A DNA stretch of 64,000 nucleotides from Micavibrio sp. (lineage in GTDB: Bacteria > Pseudomonadota > Alphaproteobacteria > Micavibrionales > UBA2020). The stretch is taken from NCBI GenBank assembly GCA_028283745.1, contig JAPWJZ010000008.1:435290-499289 (forward strand), given 5' to 3'. Of this stretch, positions 20,161 through 29,677 are shown piece by piece. The position numbers and the translations under genes are program-made. Numbering within the stretch: position 1 is the first letter of the stretch; each line of letters starts with the position of its first letter. The notes beneath the pieces were generated by a model. It saw only the letters and a list, made by a program, of their open reading frames with translations, was not told the DNA's origin and made no database searches.

Positions 20161-20307
20161 CCTTGCGAACGGGCGTTAAACGCGACTCGTGATTGCAATT
20201 CTTTATATATGACGCAGTGCAAAAAGTCTAAATAAATCAAAGAATGGCTTTTATTAGAAGATTGCTCGCATAACATTTCGGACGAAATCTTCTTAAAGCG
20301 AGGGTGT

Positions 20308-21252
20308 TTAGTAATGGTAGACGTGGATGACTGTTTTAATATCGGGGGAAATCAGGATAATGCCGCCTAATCCATAGGCATAAAAACTTCCAGGGTGGGT
20401 TACAGCCTGTGTGAAAATTTTCTCTACGTTTTCGTCTACTTGGATCGAATATCCACCAAAATAACTATAAATATAACTTTCGGCAGGAACCTTGTTGGGG
20501 TTGGATACCTGCAGATCAAGCTTAGGGCCCTTTACGGATATCGGGGTTTCGTACCATGTTAAAGTACTCGAATACGTATTGTCGGCCCATTTTGTATTTT
20601 CGAGATATTCAGTTTTTTTGGCTCTTATTGCGGCAATTGTTCTTTCGGGGAGTGCATATAAAATCACACCGGATTCTGCGCCGGAAGGTTTAAATCCCCA
20701 TTCCATCGTATCTCTGTATGTAACTTTAGAAATATTAAGTTCTTTTGGCAATGCTGCTAAGAATTCCTTCGCCACGATATTGTCGTATGTTGCAAAAGAC
20801 ACAACTGTGCACAGAATTATGCTGCATACTAACTTCAAAGCCTGAATAACAATGTCGTAATCTTTTTTACTCCGATTGAGAAGCCAATCGACAGAATAAT
20901 AATAAAAAACTGCAGCAAACGTGACCGTTGAACAGATGAGCGCTGTGTCCAGCCTTAAACGCCATCTATTGAGCCAAAAGTCAATAATTGTTAGCAGCGC
21001 AACAATGCCCAAGCACCAACGCAGTGTAAATTTCTCGAGACTTCTTTTGATGAATTTCAGAATAACAAGCGCGCAAACCAAGAGAGTTGGTGCAGCGATT
21101 AGGACGAAAACGGAAGCTAATTCAAAATCCCCGATAGTGTCGTAAAACAAATTATAAACGAGAAGTCCAAACGTCACTCCCAACACACAGGTGACGACGA
21201 TGCAACCCGCGTGTTTAAGATAACTTGCTTGAGCTTCTTCTTTTACTCCCAC
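20308..21252 (-). CDS. hypothetical polytopic membrane protein, AT-rich (~40% GC) foreign-looking gene
   Basis: 314 aa with ~5 N-terminal TM helices and a ~145-aa C-terminal soluble domain. GTG start is embedded in the last codons of guaA. Composition contrasts sharply with the flanking ~60% GC. Confidence 0.5.
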   Translation of the reverse strand: MGVKEEAQASYLKHAGCIVVTCVLGVTFGLLVYNLFYDTIGDFELASVFVLIAAPTLLVCALVILKFIKRSLEKFTLRWCLGIVALLTIIDFWLNRWRLRLDTALICSTVTFAAVFYYYSVDWLLNRSKKDYDIVIQALKLVCSIILCTVVSFATYDNIVAKEFLAALPKELNISKVTYRDTMEWGFKPSGAESGVILYALPERTIAAIRAKKTEYLENTKWADNTYSSTLTWYETPISVKGPKLDLQVSNPNKVPAESYIYSYFGGYSIQVDENVEKIFTQAVTHPGSFYAYGLGGIILISPDIKTVIHVYHY

Positions 21253-22880
21253 TCAATCGTTCCGGGCGGTTTGGAGGTGATGTCGTAGACGACGCGGTTG
21301 ATGCCTTTGACCTCGTTGACGATGCGGACGGCGCAGCGGCCGAGGAAGTCATGGGGGAGTGGGGCGTAGTCGGCGGTCATGCCGTCGATGGAGGTGACGG
21401 CGCGCAGCGCCAGCACGTGGTCATAGGTGCGGCCGTCGCCCATCACGCCGACGGTGCGCACGGGCAGCAGCACGGCAAAGGCCTGCCAGGTTTCGGTGTA
21501 AAGCTTGTTGGCGTGCAGTTCCTCGATGAAAATCGCGTCTGCCTTGCGCAGAATGTTGAGGCGCTCTTCCGTGATTTCACCGGGAATGCGGATGGCAAGG
21601 CCGGGGCCGGGGAAGGGGTGGCGCATGACGAATTTTTCGGGGATGCCCAGCTCGACGCCCAGCGCCCGCACTTCATCCTTGAACAGGGCGCGAAGCGGCT
21701 CCACCAGCTTGAACTTCATGTCTTCCGGCAGGCCGCCGACGTTGTGGTGCGACTTGATGGTGACGGTGGGGCCGCCGGAGAAGGAAACGCTTTCGATTAC
21801 ATCGGGGTAGAGCGTGCCTTGCGCGAGGAAGGGGGCTTCGCCCGCGCGCTTTTTCGCATCCTCGAACACGTCGATGAAGGATTTGCCGATGATTTTGCGC
21901 TTTTGCTCCGGGTCCGTCACGCCTTTGAGGCGGGAGAGGAAAATTTCGCCGGACTGCTCATGCACCAGCGGAATATTGAAGTGGTTGCGGAACAGGCTGA
22001 CGACTTCTTCGGCTTCATTGAGGCGCATGAGGCCGGTATCGACAAAAATGCAGGTGAGCTGGTCGCCAATCGCGGCATGCAGCAGCGCGGCGACAACGGT
22101 TGAATCAACCCCGCCGGACACGCCGCAAATAACGCGTTCCTTGCCGACCTGTTTGCGGATGGCTTCGATCATCTCGTCTTTAAATGCCGCCATCGTCCAG
22201 TCGGGCTTGCAGCCGGCGATATTGAGGACGAAGTTGGAGATAATCTGCTTGCCTTCGGGCGTATGCACAACCTCGGGGTGGAACTGCACGCCGTAGAGCT
22301 TGCGTTTTTCATCTGCCACCGCGGCATAGGGGCAGGTGGCGCTTTTGCCGATGGTCGTGAAACCGTCGGGAATTTTGGAGACGCTGTCGCCGTGGCTCAT
22401 CCAGACCTGCGGCTGCGTGCCGTTCTGCCAGATGCCGTTGAAAAGCGGGTTCTTGAAATCTTCGACCGTCAGGTGCGCGCGCCCGAATTCGCGTTTCGCG
22501 GAAGGCGAGACTTTACCGCCCAGTTGCTCGCACATCGTTTGCAGGCCGTAGCAGATGCCGAAGACCGGCAGGCCGAGGGTAAAAATTTCCGCATGCGCGC
22601 GGGGGGAATTTGCCTCCGTCACCGAAGCGGGGCCGCCTGACAATATAATGGCCTTGGGGTTCAGCTTTAAAATTTCCGTCATTGGCGCATTAAAGGGTAG
22701 CAGCACCGAATAAACGCCAATCTCGCGGATGCGCCGGGCGATGAGCTGCGTTACCTGCGATCCGAAATCGAGGATAACGACGGTGTCGTGGGCTTTCTTC
22801 GTGGCGGTTTCGGCGGGGGCTGTTGCGGCTTGGGCGGTCATGGCGGGCTTTCGGTTAGGCGTTAAAAAGCGGCCTATCAT
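21243..22880 (-). CDS. guaA: GMP synthase (glutamine-hydrolysing)
   Basis: [17 protein letters not shown] GATase domain. ATP-PPase SGGVDS loop. C-terminal dimerisation domain ends with IEWE. Confidence 0.95.
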   Translation of the reverse strand: MIGRFLTPNRKPAMTAQAATAPAETATKKAHDTVVILDFGSQVTQLIARRIREIGVYSVLLPFNAPMTEILKLNPKAIILSGGPASVTEANSPRAHAEIFTLGLPVFGICYGLQTMCEQLGGKVSPSAKREFGRAHLTVEDFKNPLFNGIWQNGTQPQVWMSHGDSVSKIPDGFTTIGKSATCPYAAVADEKRKLYGVQFHPEVVHTPEGKQIISNFVLNIAGCKPDWTMAAFKDEMIEAIRKQVGKERVICGVSGGVDSTVVAALLHAAIGDQLTCIFVDTGLMRLNEAEEVVSLFRNHFNIPLVHEQSGEIFLSRLKGVTDPEQKRKIIGKSFIDVFEDAKKRAGEAPFLAQGTLYPDVIESVSFSGGPTVTIKSHHNVGGLPEDMKFKLVEPLRALFKDEVRALGVELGIPEKFVMRHPFPGPGLAIRIPGEITEERLNILRKADAIFIEELHANKLYTETWQAFAVLLPVRTVGVMGDGRTYDHVLALRAVTSIDGMTADYAPLPHDFLGRCAVRIVNEVKGINRVVYDITSKPPGTIEWE

Positions 22881-22949
22881 CCGAAACCGCGCGGCGTCGC
22901 GTCAATTGATTCGCATCTTATCCATAAAGCTGTATCTTTTGCAGTAATA

Positions 22950-24314
22950 TCAGAGCTTTTCCTTGCGGTGGTCAAGCAGCCGCAGCGCAAAAAACGCAAG
23001 GCCGGACAGGAGGATGATAAGGACGCCAACGCGCAGGGCGGAAGGCGCCTGCAATGCGCCGCCTTGCGTGAAGTCCACGGTATCCACAATCACCGATAGC
23101 GTGGAAATCAGCGTGAAGGCCAGCATGAAGACGCCAAGACGCTTGTTTTGCAGGTGGTTCAGGTTGTCGCGGATGCGGTTATAGATTTTCTCGACAAGGT
23201 CGAGCTTGGTGTTGAGGTTGTTGAAGCGGTCGCGCGTGTGCCAGGCTTTTTCAAGGGCGTGCCACACCTTCAGCCCCTGCGGGTCAAGGCTGTTGTCAAA
23301 ATCATCGTAGACGGATTTGAACAGCGTCACCTTCGATTGATATTCGACGATGACGCGCGACTGTCGCTCCAGCAGCGACATGTCGCTGGAGTGCTTATGG
23401 CGGTCAAGGTCGTTGCTGAGGTGGAAAAGGTCGCGGTCGATATCTTCCGCCGAGACATAGAAAATGTTCTGCGCGCGCACCATGCTGGGCAGCGTATTTG
23501 TATCTGAAACTTTCGCGCGGGATTTATCGTAGACGGCGACGGAATTGCCGTTGCCGGGGAACAGGGCGACGCCGGTGGCAATGGCGCTATCCTCAAGCAG
23601 TTCGGCCTGCTCGCTGTACACAAGGTAGCGGGCGCGGTCGCGCAGCATGCCAAAATCGGCTTCCGTATCGCAGGCGACGGTGAAAAGACGGTGGACCCAG
23701 AAAAGGTCGCCGAGCCCGTGCGCGAGGCAGCTGTTCGACCAATAGCCGGTATGGGGCTTGCTGCCCAGGAAGCTGGCGACGACATAGTCGGGCTTCAGCG
23801 CGGCGTGCACCTGCTCGAACGTTTCCATGTAAAGGCTGCGCCAGTCGGCAAGGGCGGAACCCGCGTTTTCGGCGGCGGTGCGGTATTCATCCAGCGTCAG
23901 GTCGCGAAGCGCCGTGATCTCGCCCTTGAAGGTCGCGGAGCCGTAGCCCATGTCGTACAGGCGAACGTCAATACTGGAAATGGTAAAGGCGCAGTCACCC
24001 GCAACCGTTACTTCCCCTTTAAGCGACAGGCGCTTTAGCGTTGCGGTTAAAAAATCCCCCGCCAGCTGGCGGCCGATGAAGTAGCCGGGAATGATGGTGC
24101 GCCCGCGCCGCGTGTCCACGTCGATCTGCATATGGTTGCCGCGCACGGCATAACCGGGGGCATACCATTCCGCGCCCATTTTCTCCGCAAGGTTATGTTG
24201 GTATTCGGCATAGCCCTGCGCCACCAGCGCCCGCGTATCGATAATAAGTCCCGACCGCATGGGGCCGTTATAGGCCATGTCGCAGCGCTGGTTTTTGGCA
24301 AGAAAAATGGTCAT
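22950..24314 (-). CDS. hypothetical protein with a cytoplasmic domain and two C-terminal TM helices (CorA-like topology, no GMN motif)
   Basis: 454 aa with no recognisable catalytic motif. C-terminus is FMLAFTLISTLSVIV...ALRVGVLIILLSGLAFFALRLL followed by a basic tail. Confidence 0.55.
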   Translation of the reverse strand: MTIFLAKNQRCDMAYNGPMRSGLIIDTRALVAQGYAEYQHNLAEKMGAEWYAPGYAVRGNHMQIDVDTRRGRTIIPGYFIGRQLAGDFLTATLKRLSLKGEVTVAGDCAFTISSIDVRLYDMGYGSATFKGEITALRDLTLDEYRTAAENAGSALADWRSLYMETFEQVHAALKPDYVVASFLGSKPHTGYWSNSCLAHGLGDLFWVHRLFTVACDTEADFGMLRDRARYLVYSEQAELLEDSAIATGVALFPGNGNSVAVYDKSRAKVSDTNTLPSMVRAQNIFYVSAEDIDRDLFHLSNDLDRHKHSSDMSLLERQSRVIVEYQSKVTLFKSVYDDFDNSLDPQGLKVWHALEKAWHTRDRFNNLNTKLDLVEKIYNRIRDNLNHLQNKRLGVFMLAFTLISTLSVIVDTVDFTQGGALQAPSALRVGVLIILLSGLAFFALRLLDHRKEKL

Positions 24315-24401
24315 GAATGCACCCGGCCTTATTCGGCTGTTGATGCACGATTTTATCGGGGCGCGGGGGAATTGTCAGTGGTTAATTGACGGCGGCGTTG
24401 C

Positions 24402-24575
24402 TTAATCGGCGCTTTTGAGTTTTTCGATAACGCCGCCAACGTCATCCAGCCCATGTTGCAGGCGCAGTATTTTCAGCTGCCGCGCTTCGACATCCGTCAG
24501 GGCGCGGGGGCCAATGGCCTTCAGGAAGGCGGCAATGGCGGCATTGGCATCTATATCCGGCTTTTTGTCGGTCAT
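24402..24575 (-). CDS. small ORF (57 aa) translationally coupled to the upstream 844-aa gene
   Basis: Its ATG overlaps the stop of the 844-aa gene (ATGA). Peptide is MTDKKPDIDANAAIAAFLKAIGPRALTDVEARQLKILRLQHGLDDVGGVIEKLKSAD. It falls below the ORF-track length cutoff. Confidence 0.35.
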   Translation of the reverse strand: MTDKKPDIDANAAIAAFLKAIGPRALTDVEARQLKILRLQHGLDDVGGVIEKLKSAD

Positions 24576-27106
24576 GCTTTCGGCTGCCTGTTCTTTTGCG
24601 CCGCGCCGGCCTTCAGCGTGTTCCAGGCGGGGCCATTATCGGGGCGGGTATCAAGCCTTAAGGGCTGCACTTCCGGCTGTTGCTGCACATAGGCGGCTAC
24701 CTGCAACAGGCTGCCACTACGGGTATATTCATCAAACTGCTGGGTGAACAGGCGCAGGGCGCGGCCTTCACGCTCCGCCCACAACGCGCGTTCGCCGTCA
24801 TTCGGTTGTGCGCTGTCGATGGCGGCAATATGGCGTGCGGCGTCTGCCGCGCCGGCCTTAAACTGCACCAGCGTGGACATTTCGGGCGGCATGCTGCTGT
24901 CTGGTGTTTCGGGCAGGCGGCTGTATATTGCCCACATGTCGCGGCGCGGGTTGGCGGGGCCTGCATGATCGGGGTGCTGGGCGGCAGCGTTGAATTCGGC
25001 GCTTAACGCGGGCTGGCGGCTTTCCATCACGGCGGCGACATAGCGCAGCACCATGGCTTCACGCCGCGCCATTTCAAGGCGGCCTTCGCACATCTGGCGC
25101 AAATCATCGACAAAAACGTGGCCTTTGACGTCGCCTGCGGGAATTTCACCCTGTACGGTTGCCACCTTCAGGCCATGCACCTGGCCTTTGATTGTCATGT
25201 CGCTGGCGGTCACGTCGCGGAATTTCGGGTCCTGGATATCGGCGAAGGTGATTATGTTTTCATCGCGCAGGTATTCGGCCATGCGGCGGTCAACGGGCAT
25301 GCCCTTGTCGGCCATGAAGGCGGCAATGCCGGTGTGGTTAAGCGCTTCGACGCGGGCGGCAATTTCCTCCTGCGCTTTCTTCAGGTGCTGGGCGCTGATG
25401 AATTTTGGCGCGCCTGCGGCATCCGTCACGCCGGGGCGGATGACGGCGGTAAAATTCGCGCCGCCGTCATGGGCTATAACCCACGGTTTCGGTTCGCTGT
25501 TTGGCAGGCCCGCGGCGGTGAAAGATTGGTCGATAATTTCGGTCATGTGGCGCAGCACAACGTCGCTGTAATGGTGGCCAAGGGTGTTGTTAAGGCCGGC
25601 GAGGTTGTGGAAGCTGACCGACATGGCAAAGGGCTTGCCAATATCCGCCCGCAGCATGCCCGCCTGCAGCAGCGCTTCGCGCACCACGGGGTCTTTACCG
25701 TTGAACTGCATGCGGTAGGCGGCGGTTTCGCGGGCATAAGCCTCGATCGTCGGGGCGATGACCTGCGGCATCATCGCCTGTGCGGAGGGATCGTGGGGGT
25801 TTAGGGCCGCCAGCGTTATATCCAGCATATGGCGCAGCGGCGGTGATAAATCCGGCCATTTTTTAAGCGCTGTCGCCATGCGGCGCTGCTGCAAGTCGGC
25901 CATCGGTTCGGGGGCGCTTTTGGCGGCATCATAGGCGGCCATGCCTTCCGGCGGGGGCGGCGCCTGCAATTTTCCGGGGGCGTAAAGTTCCAGCCGTTCA
26001 TTGGTATATTGCAAAAAGCCTTTGCTGCCGCCTTGCAGTGCGGGGTTGTATTGCGGGTTCATGGCGTGCAGCTTCTCGGCGGTTATTGCGGCGCCGGCGG
26101 TAAAGTACGCAATGCGCTGCTGCGTCAAGCCATCCAGCGTCTGGCCGGGGGCCAGCGGGTTTTCACCAAACAGCACTTGCGCGCGGGTTGATACTGCCAC
26201 CATTTCGGCGTCGATTTTGCCAAGGCGCAGCAGGCCCAGTTCCTGCTTGGCGTATTTAATGCGGCCGTCGAGTTCCTGAATGATGCTTTGCGGGTTTTTA
26301 AGGGTGCCAAGATCCTGAATGGCCAGCGCCGCGCCAAAACCGTTGCGGGCGGGGTTGGCGGGGTCCTTGGTGTGCGGGTGGTCCTGAAGCCCCATGGCGG
26401 CGATATGCTTTTCAATATCCGCATGCATGCGGTCCGCCAGAATGCGGATTTCGCGGGAATCTTCAAGGCCCGTCACCAGAATGCGCAGTTCATCCCCGCC
26501 GGTGCGGATGGGCAGGATTTGCGCATCAGCGGGCAGGTACTGCGCCATGGTATGCGTCATGGAAGCACAAAGCAGGCCCATGGCTATGTTGGTCATGGCT
26601 CGGTCTTCACGACCGGTAATCTCGCTTTCATCCACGCCGCGTTCGGCGGCCAGCATGCGGCGGAAATAATCGTTGGTGCCGCCCATGTTGGAAAAATCAA
26701 CTTCCACCATCGCAATCGGCTTGCCGGTTTCGGTGGCGTACAAATGCGCAAGGCCGGTTGCAGTATAGGCGTGTTCCTTGCTGAGGAAGCCGGTCACATG
26801 GTCGGGCGCGTTACGCGACAGGGCGGTGGCGTGCATAAAATCCAGCAGGTCCTGCGGTGCATGGGGCGCGTATTTTTCCAGCAGAATGCTTTGCGTTTCC
26901 GCGGGAGTTAAAAACCCGCGCTCCCGCCACAATTCGCGCACATCATCCATCACGGCATTGATGCTGTCGGGGAAGGCCTGCCAGCCGGCATCGGGCGCTG
27001 CGGCTATTTTACGTGCGCGGTCTTCGCCTGCCAGCACAAACTGCTGCAGGAAACGGGCGATTTCATCACCCTCGAAAATTTCAGCGAATGCGGTTTCTTG
27101 CGCCAC
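24572..27106 (-). CDS. large uncharacterised protein with two degenerate GGDEF/nucleotidyl-cyclase-like palm motifs
   Basis: 844 aa. Domain 1 has VDFSNMGGTNDYF...RTGGDELRILV. Domain 2 has SFHNLAGLNNTLGHHYSDVVLRHM...HDGGANF. Compare the GGDEF pattern DxxxFKxxNDxxGHxxGDxVL...RxGGDEF. Confidence 0.6.
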   Translation of the reverse strand: MAQETAFAEIFEGDEIARFLQQFVLAGEDRARKIAAAPDAGWQAFPDSINAVMDDVRELWRERGFLTPAETQSILLEKYAPHAPQDLLDFMHATALSRNAPDHVTGFLSKEHAYTATGLAHLYATETGKPIAMVEVDFSNMGGTNDYFRRMLAAERGVDESEITGREDRAMTNIAMGLLCASMTHTMAQYLPADAQILPIRTGGDELRILVTGLEDSREIRILADRMHADIEKHIAAMGLQDHPHTKDPANPARNGFGAALAIQDLGTLKNPQSIIQELDGRIKYAKQELGLLRLGKIDAEMVAVSTRAQVLFGENPLAPGQTLDGLTQQRIAYFTAGAAITAEKLHAMNPQYNPALQGGSKGFLQYTNERLELYAPGKLQAPPPPEGMAAYDAAKSAPEPMADLQQRRMATALKKWPDLSPPLRHMLDITLAALNPHDPSAQAMMPQVIAPTIEAYARETAAYRMQFNGKDPVVREALLQAGMLRADIGKPFAMSVSFHNLAGLNNTLGHHYSDVVLRHMTEIIDQSFTAAGLPNSEPKPWVIAHDGGANFTAVIRPGVTDAAGAPKFISAQHLKKAQEEIAARVEALNHTGIAAFMADKGMPVDRRMAEYLRDENIITFADIQDPKFRDVTASDMTIKGQVHGLKVATVQGEIPAGDVKGHVFVDDLRQMCEGRLEMARREAMVLRYVAAVMESRQPALSAEFNAAAQHPDHAGPANPRRDMWAIYSRLPETPDSSMPPEMSTLVQFKAGAADAARHIAAIDSAQPNDGERALWAEREGRALRLFTQQFDEYTRSGSLLQVAAYVQQQPEVQPLRLDTRPDNGPAWNTLKAGAAQKNRQPKA

Positions 27107-27208
27107 GATAGTTCAAACACCCCTTTGCCCCGCAAAAAAACAAGGCTTTGCGAAGTTGGCTTATTATACCGTGTGGGTATTATTATTTCCTTAATAATAT
27201 AAATATAT

Positions 27209-29611
27209 TTAAGGGGCTGAATTTGTTTGTTTATTTTTGTCGGAATAAATCAAGGCGCCGGGAATCTTCTTCAGCTTCGCTTCAAGCCCACGCACTGCGC
27301 CCACGTTGACCAGCACGTATTCAGCGGGGAAGTGCGTATCCTGTAAAAAGCTGCGCAGGTCTTTATCGCGCGTGGCCTGCCGCTGGAAGCTGCTGCGCCG
27401 CAGGCGGAACCCGACCTGGTAGGACGGGAATTCGCCCAGATACTTTACCCGCTTGCGGGCAAGGTAGACGGCGGAAATTATTCTGTGCCGCGCGGCCACC
27501 GCGGCAATGGCGGCTGGAATTTCGGCTGAAAGCCCGTGCGCTTCATAGGTATCGGTATCAAGAATTAAGTTGCGCTCCTCCTCCGCCGCCATGCGTGCAT
27601 ATTCCCACGCGCGAATTTTTTCGCGGTAAATGTCGGCGGCATCACGGCGCTGCACTTTTTCAAAGTAGTCGATGGCGTGGTGGCAGGCATTGGGCAAAAA
27701 CTGCGGGTGTTCCGCCGCCAGCTTCTCAAGCTCCTGCAACTGCGTTTCATCGTTTAATTGCGACAGGCGGATACCCATGATGTTCAGCCGCGCGCCGGGG
27801 CTGCCAGGATCGCGGCGCAAAATTTCCTCGCTCGCCTGTAGCACGCGGGAATCATCCTGCAACGTGCTGGCGGTGCCAATCAGCTCCCCCAGTTCCTCGC
27901 GGGTCATCATCTCCAGCGGTTTTTCGCTTAAAGCCGCATGGCGGCTGACGGCGGCGGTATGCTCCCCGTGGCGGGTGCGCCAGTGCGGCGCGGCATCTGC
28001 CTGCCATGCGGCGCTGAAACGGTCTGCCAGCTGCAGTTCAAGCGGCCCCAGCAATTCACGCGCGGCGCTGACTGTCATGGGCTGCGGCACGGTGAATTCC
28101 GCCTTCAGCGCATGAATGCGGTCCATGGTGGCGGGGTGGGTGCTGGCGTAATCGGTCGTGCGGTTTTGCACGGCGGCAATGGTTCTTTGCTGGTCGCGCG
28201 TGCCCGCAAAAAACGCGGGCATTAAATGAAAAGGTTTTATGGCGGCAACGTCGGGGTCTTGCTCGGCTTTCTTCCATAGGTCAAGCCAGAACAATTGCCC
28301 CAGCTCGGTGGACCGGATGGCGACGGCGGCCAGCGCCTCGGCATTGTGCTGGGCGCCCGCAAGTCTGGCCGAAAAAGCATCCGCCTCATATTCGCAGCGG
28401 CGCGACAGGGCAAAGCTATAGGCGCTGAACACGCCGATGAACCAGTCGTAAAAGCGGTTGAGCCGCAGGGCATACCACAGTTTTTCAAGGTGCAGCCGCC
28501 CGCCAAGGCTCAGCCAGCTATTGCGAATGCGGTAAACCCAGTGCCCCAGCGCGTTATCCTTCGCTGCCACATGACCGTATTCGTGCCCCACAACCGCGCC
28601 CAGTTGCGGCAGCGTCAAGGCCTGCATAAGGGGCAGCCCCAGCGTCAGCGTCACGGGGCCGAAGCCGAAGAAACCCAGCGCGCCCGTATTGCGCGCAACC
28701 GACGCGTTAAGGTCTGAGCTAATGTAAACATGCTTGAAGCGCGGGCCTTTGGCGGTCGCAATCATTTGTCCCAGCCACTTGAACAGTTCCGGCGCGGCGG
28801 CGGGGGTTATTTCAACGCCTTCCGGCGGGTGGGTTTGCAGCAGCAGGGATTTTGCAAGGTGAAAAGCAAAACCGATGGGCACCGCCGCCACAATAAACGC
28901 GAGCTTTGCCGCCGCCGCATTGCCCCCCGTCAGCACAACCACAACAGCCGCAAGGCCCAGGCCCAGCGGCAGCATTAAAAAAATACTGCCAAACACGACG
29001 ACATACCCCAGCAGCGCAAGGCGAATGGTTTTTTGCCGCAGCCATGCGGGGTTGTGCTGCGCCTTCGCCTCGATCACCTTCACAAGCTCGGCAAAGGCAT
29101 CATCGCGGCGTTTGCGTTCTTCCGGCGTCATAATCGTAATGTCATCCGCCATCAGCCAGAACAAGAACAGCACGGGCATGACCAGCACCAGCAGCGCCGC
29201 CATAATGAACATGCCGTTAAAACGTAGTGCCCCAATGCTGTATTGCAGCCCTGCGTCATGCTCAAGGTCCCAGCGCGTCACATAGGGGCGGTCTTTGATT
29301 TGCGTTTCATAGACGGGGCCAAGCTTGATGTGGTGGCTCATGTGACCGCCGCCATACAGCCACTCGATAAAGTCGGCGCGGATGATGAACAGCACGCCGG
29401 TTTTATCCGGCAATTCGCGTGCGCCTGCAATGCGCATGTCGGGCGCAAGGCCGTGCATGGTAAAGCGCATATCCAGCTTGTGCCATTCAAACGGCCCTTG
29501 CAGCTTTTCAGCCGCGGGCAAGGGCGGCGACAGGCTGGTATTGCCGGTCATAAACAAAATGCACGGCAGCCACAAAACCAGAAACAGCAGGCAGAAAAAA
29601 ATACGCGACAT
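27209..29611 (-). CDS. M48-family zinc metallopeptidase, membrane-bound, with large N- and C-terminal extensions
   Basis: HEXXH motif VGHEYGHV with several TM helices; 800 aa. Confidence 0.75.
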   Translation of the reverse strand: MSRIFFCLLFLVLWLPCILFMTGNTSLSPPLPAAEKLQGPFEWHKLDMRFTMHGLAPDMRIAGARELPDKTGVLFIIRADFIEWLYGGGHMSHHIKLGPVYETQIKDRPYVTRWDLEHDAGLQYSIGALRFNGMFIMAALLVLVMPVLFLFWLMADDITIMTPEERKRRDDAFAELVKVIEAKAQHNPAWLRQKTIRLALLGYVVVFGSIFLMLPLGLGLAAVVVVLTGGNAAAAKLAFIVAAVPIGFAFHLAKSLLLQTHPPEGVEITPAAAPELFKWLGQMIATAKGPRFKHVYISSDLNASVARNTGALGFFGFGPVTLTLGLPLMQALTLPQLGAVVGHEYGHVAAKDNALGHWVYRIRNSWLSLGGRLHLEKLWYALRLNRFYDWFIGVFSAYSFALSRRCEYEADAFSARLAGAQHNAEALAAVAIRSTELGQLFWLDLWKKAEQDPDVAAIKPFHLMPAFFAGTRDQQRTIAAVQNRTTDYASTHPATMDRIHALKAEFTVPQPMTVSAARELLGPLELQLADRFSAAWQADAAPHWRTRHGEHTAAVSRHAALSEKPLEMMTREELGELIGTASTLQDDSRVLQASEEILRRDPGSPGARLNIMGIRLSQLNDETQLQELEKLAAEHPQFLPNACHHAIDYFEKVQRRDAADIYREKIRAWEYARMAAEEERNLILDTDTYEAHGLSAEIPAAIAAVAARHRIISAVYLARKRVKYLGEFPSYQVGFRLRRSSFQRQATRDKDLRSFLQDTHFPAEYVLVNVGAVRGLEAKLKKIPGALIYSDKNKQTNSAP

Positions 29612-29677
29612 AGAAATACTCCAGCTTCCATCCTAGCCGCCGGATGGTGAATAAAAGCTGAACGGTTTTATGTCCAG

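Noticed and set aside
20161-21252. AT-rich segment as a prophage or integrative element
   Set aside because: Only ~1.1 kb with a single ORF. No integrase, att-like direct repeats, tRNA or transposase. Treated as an isolated foreign gene insertion.
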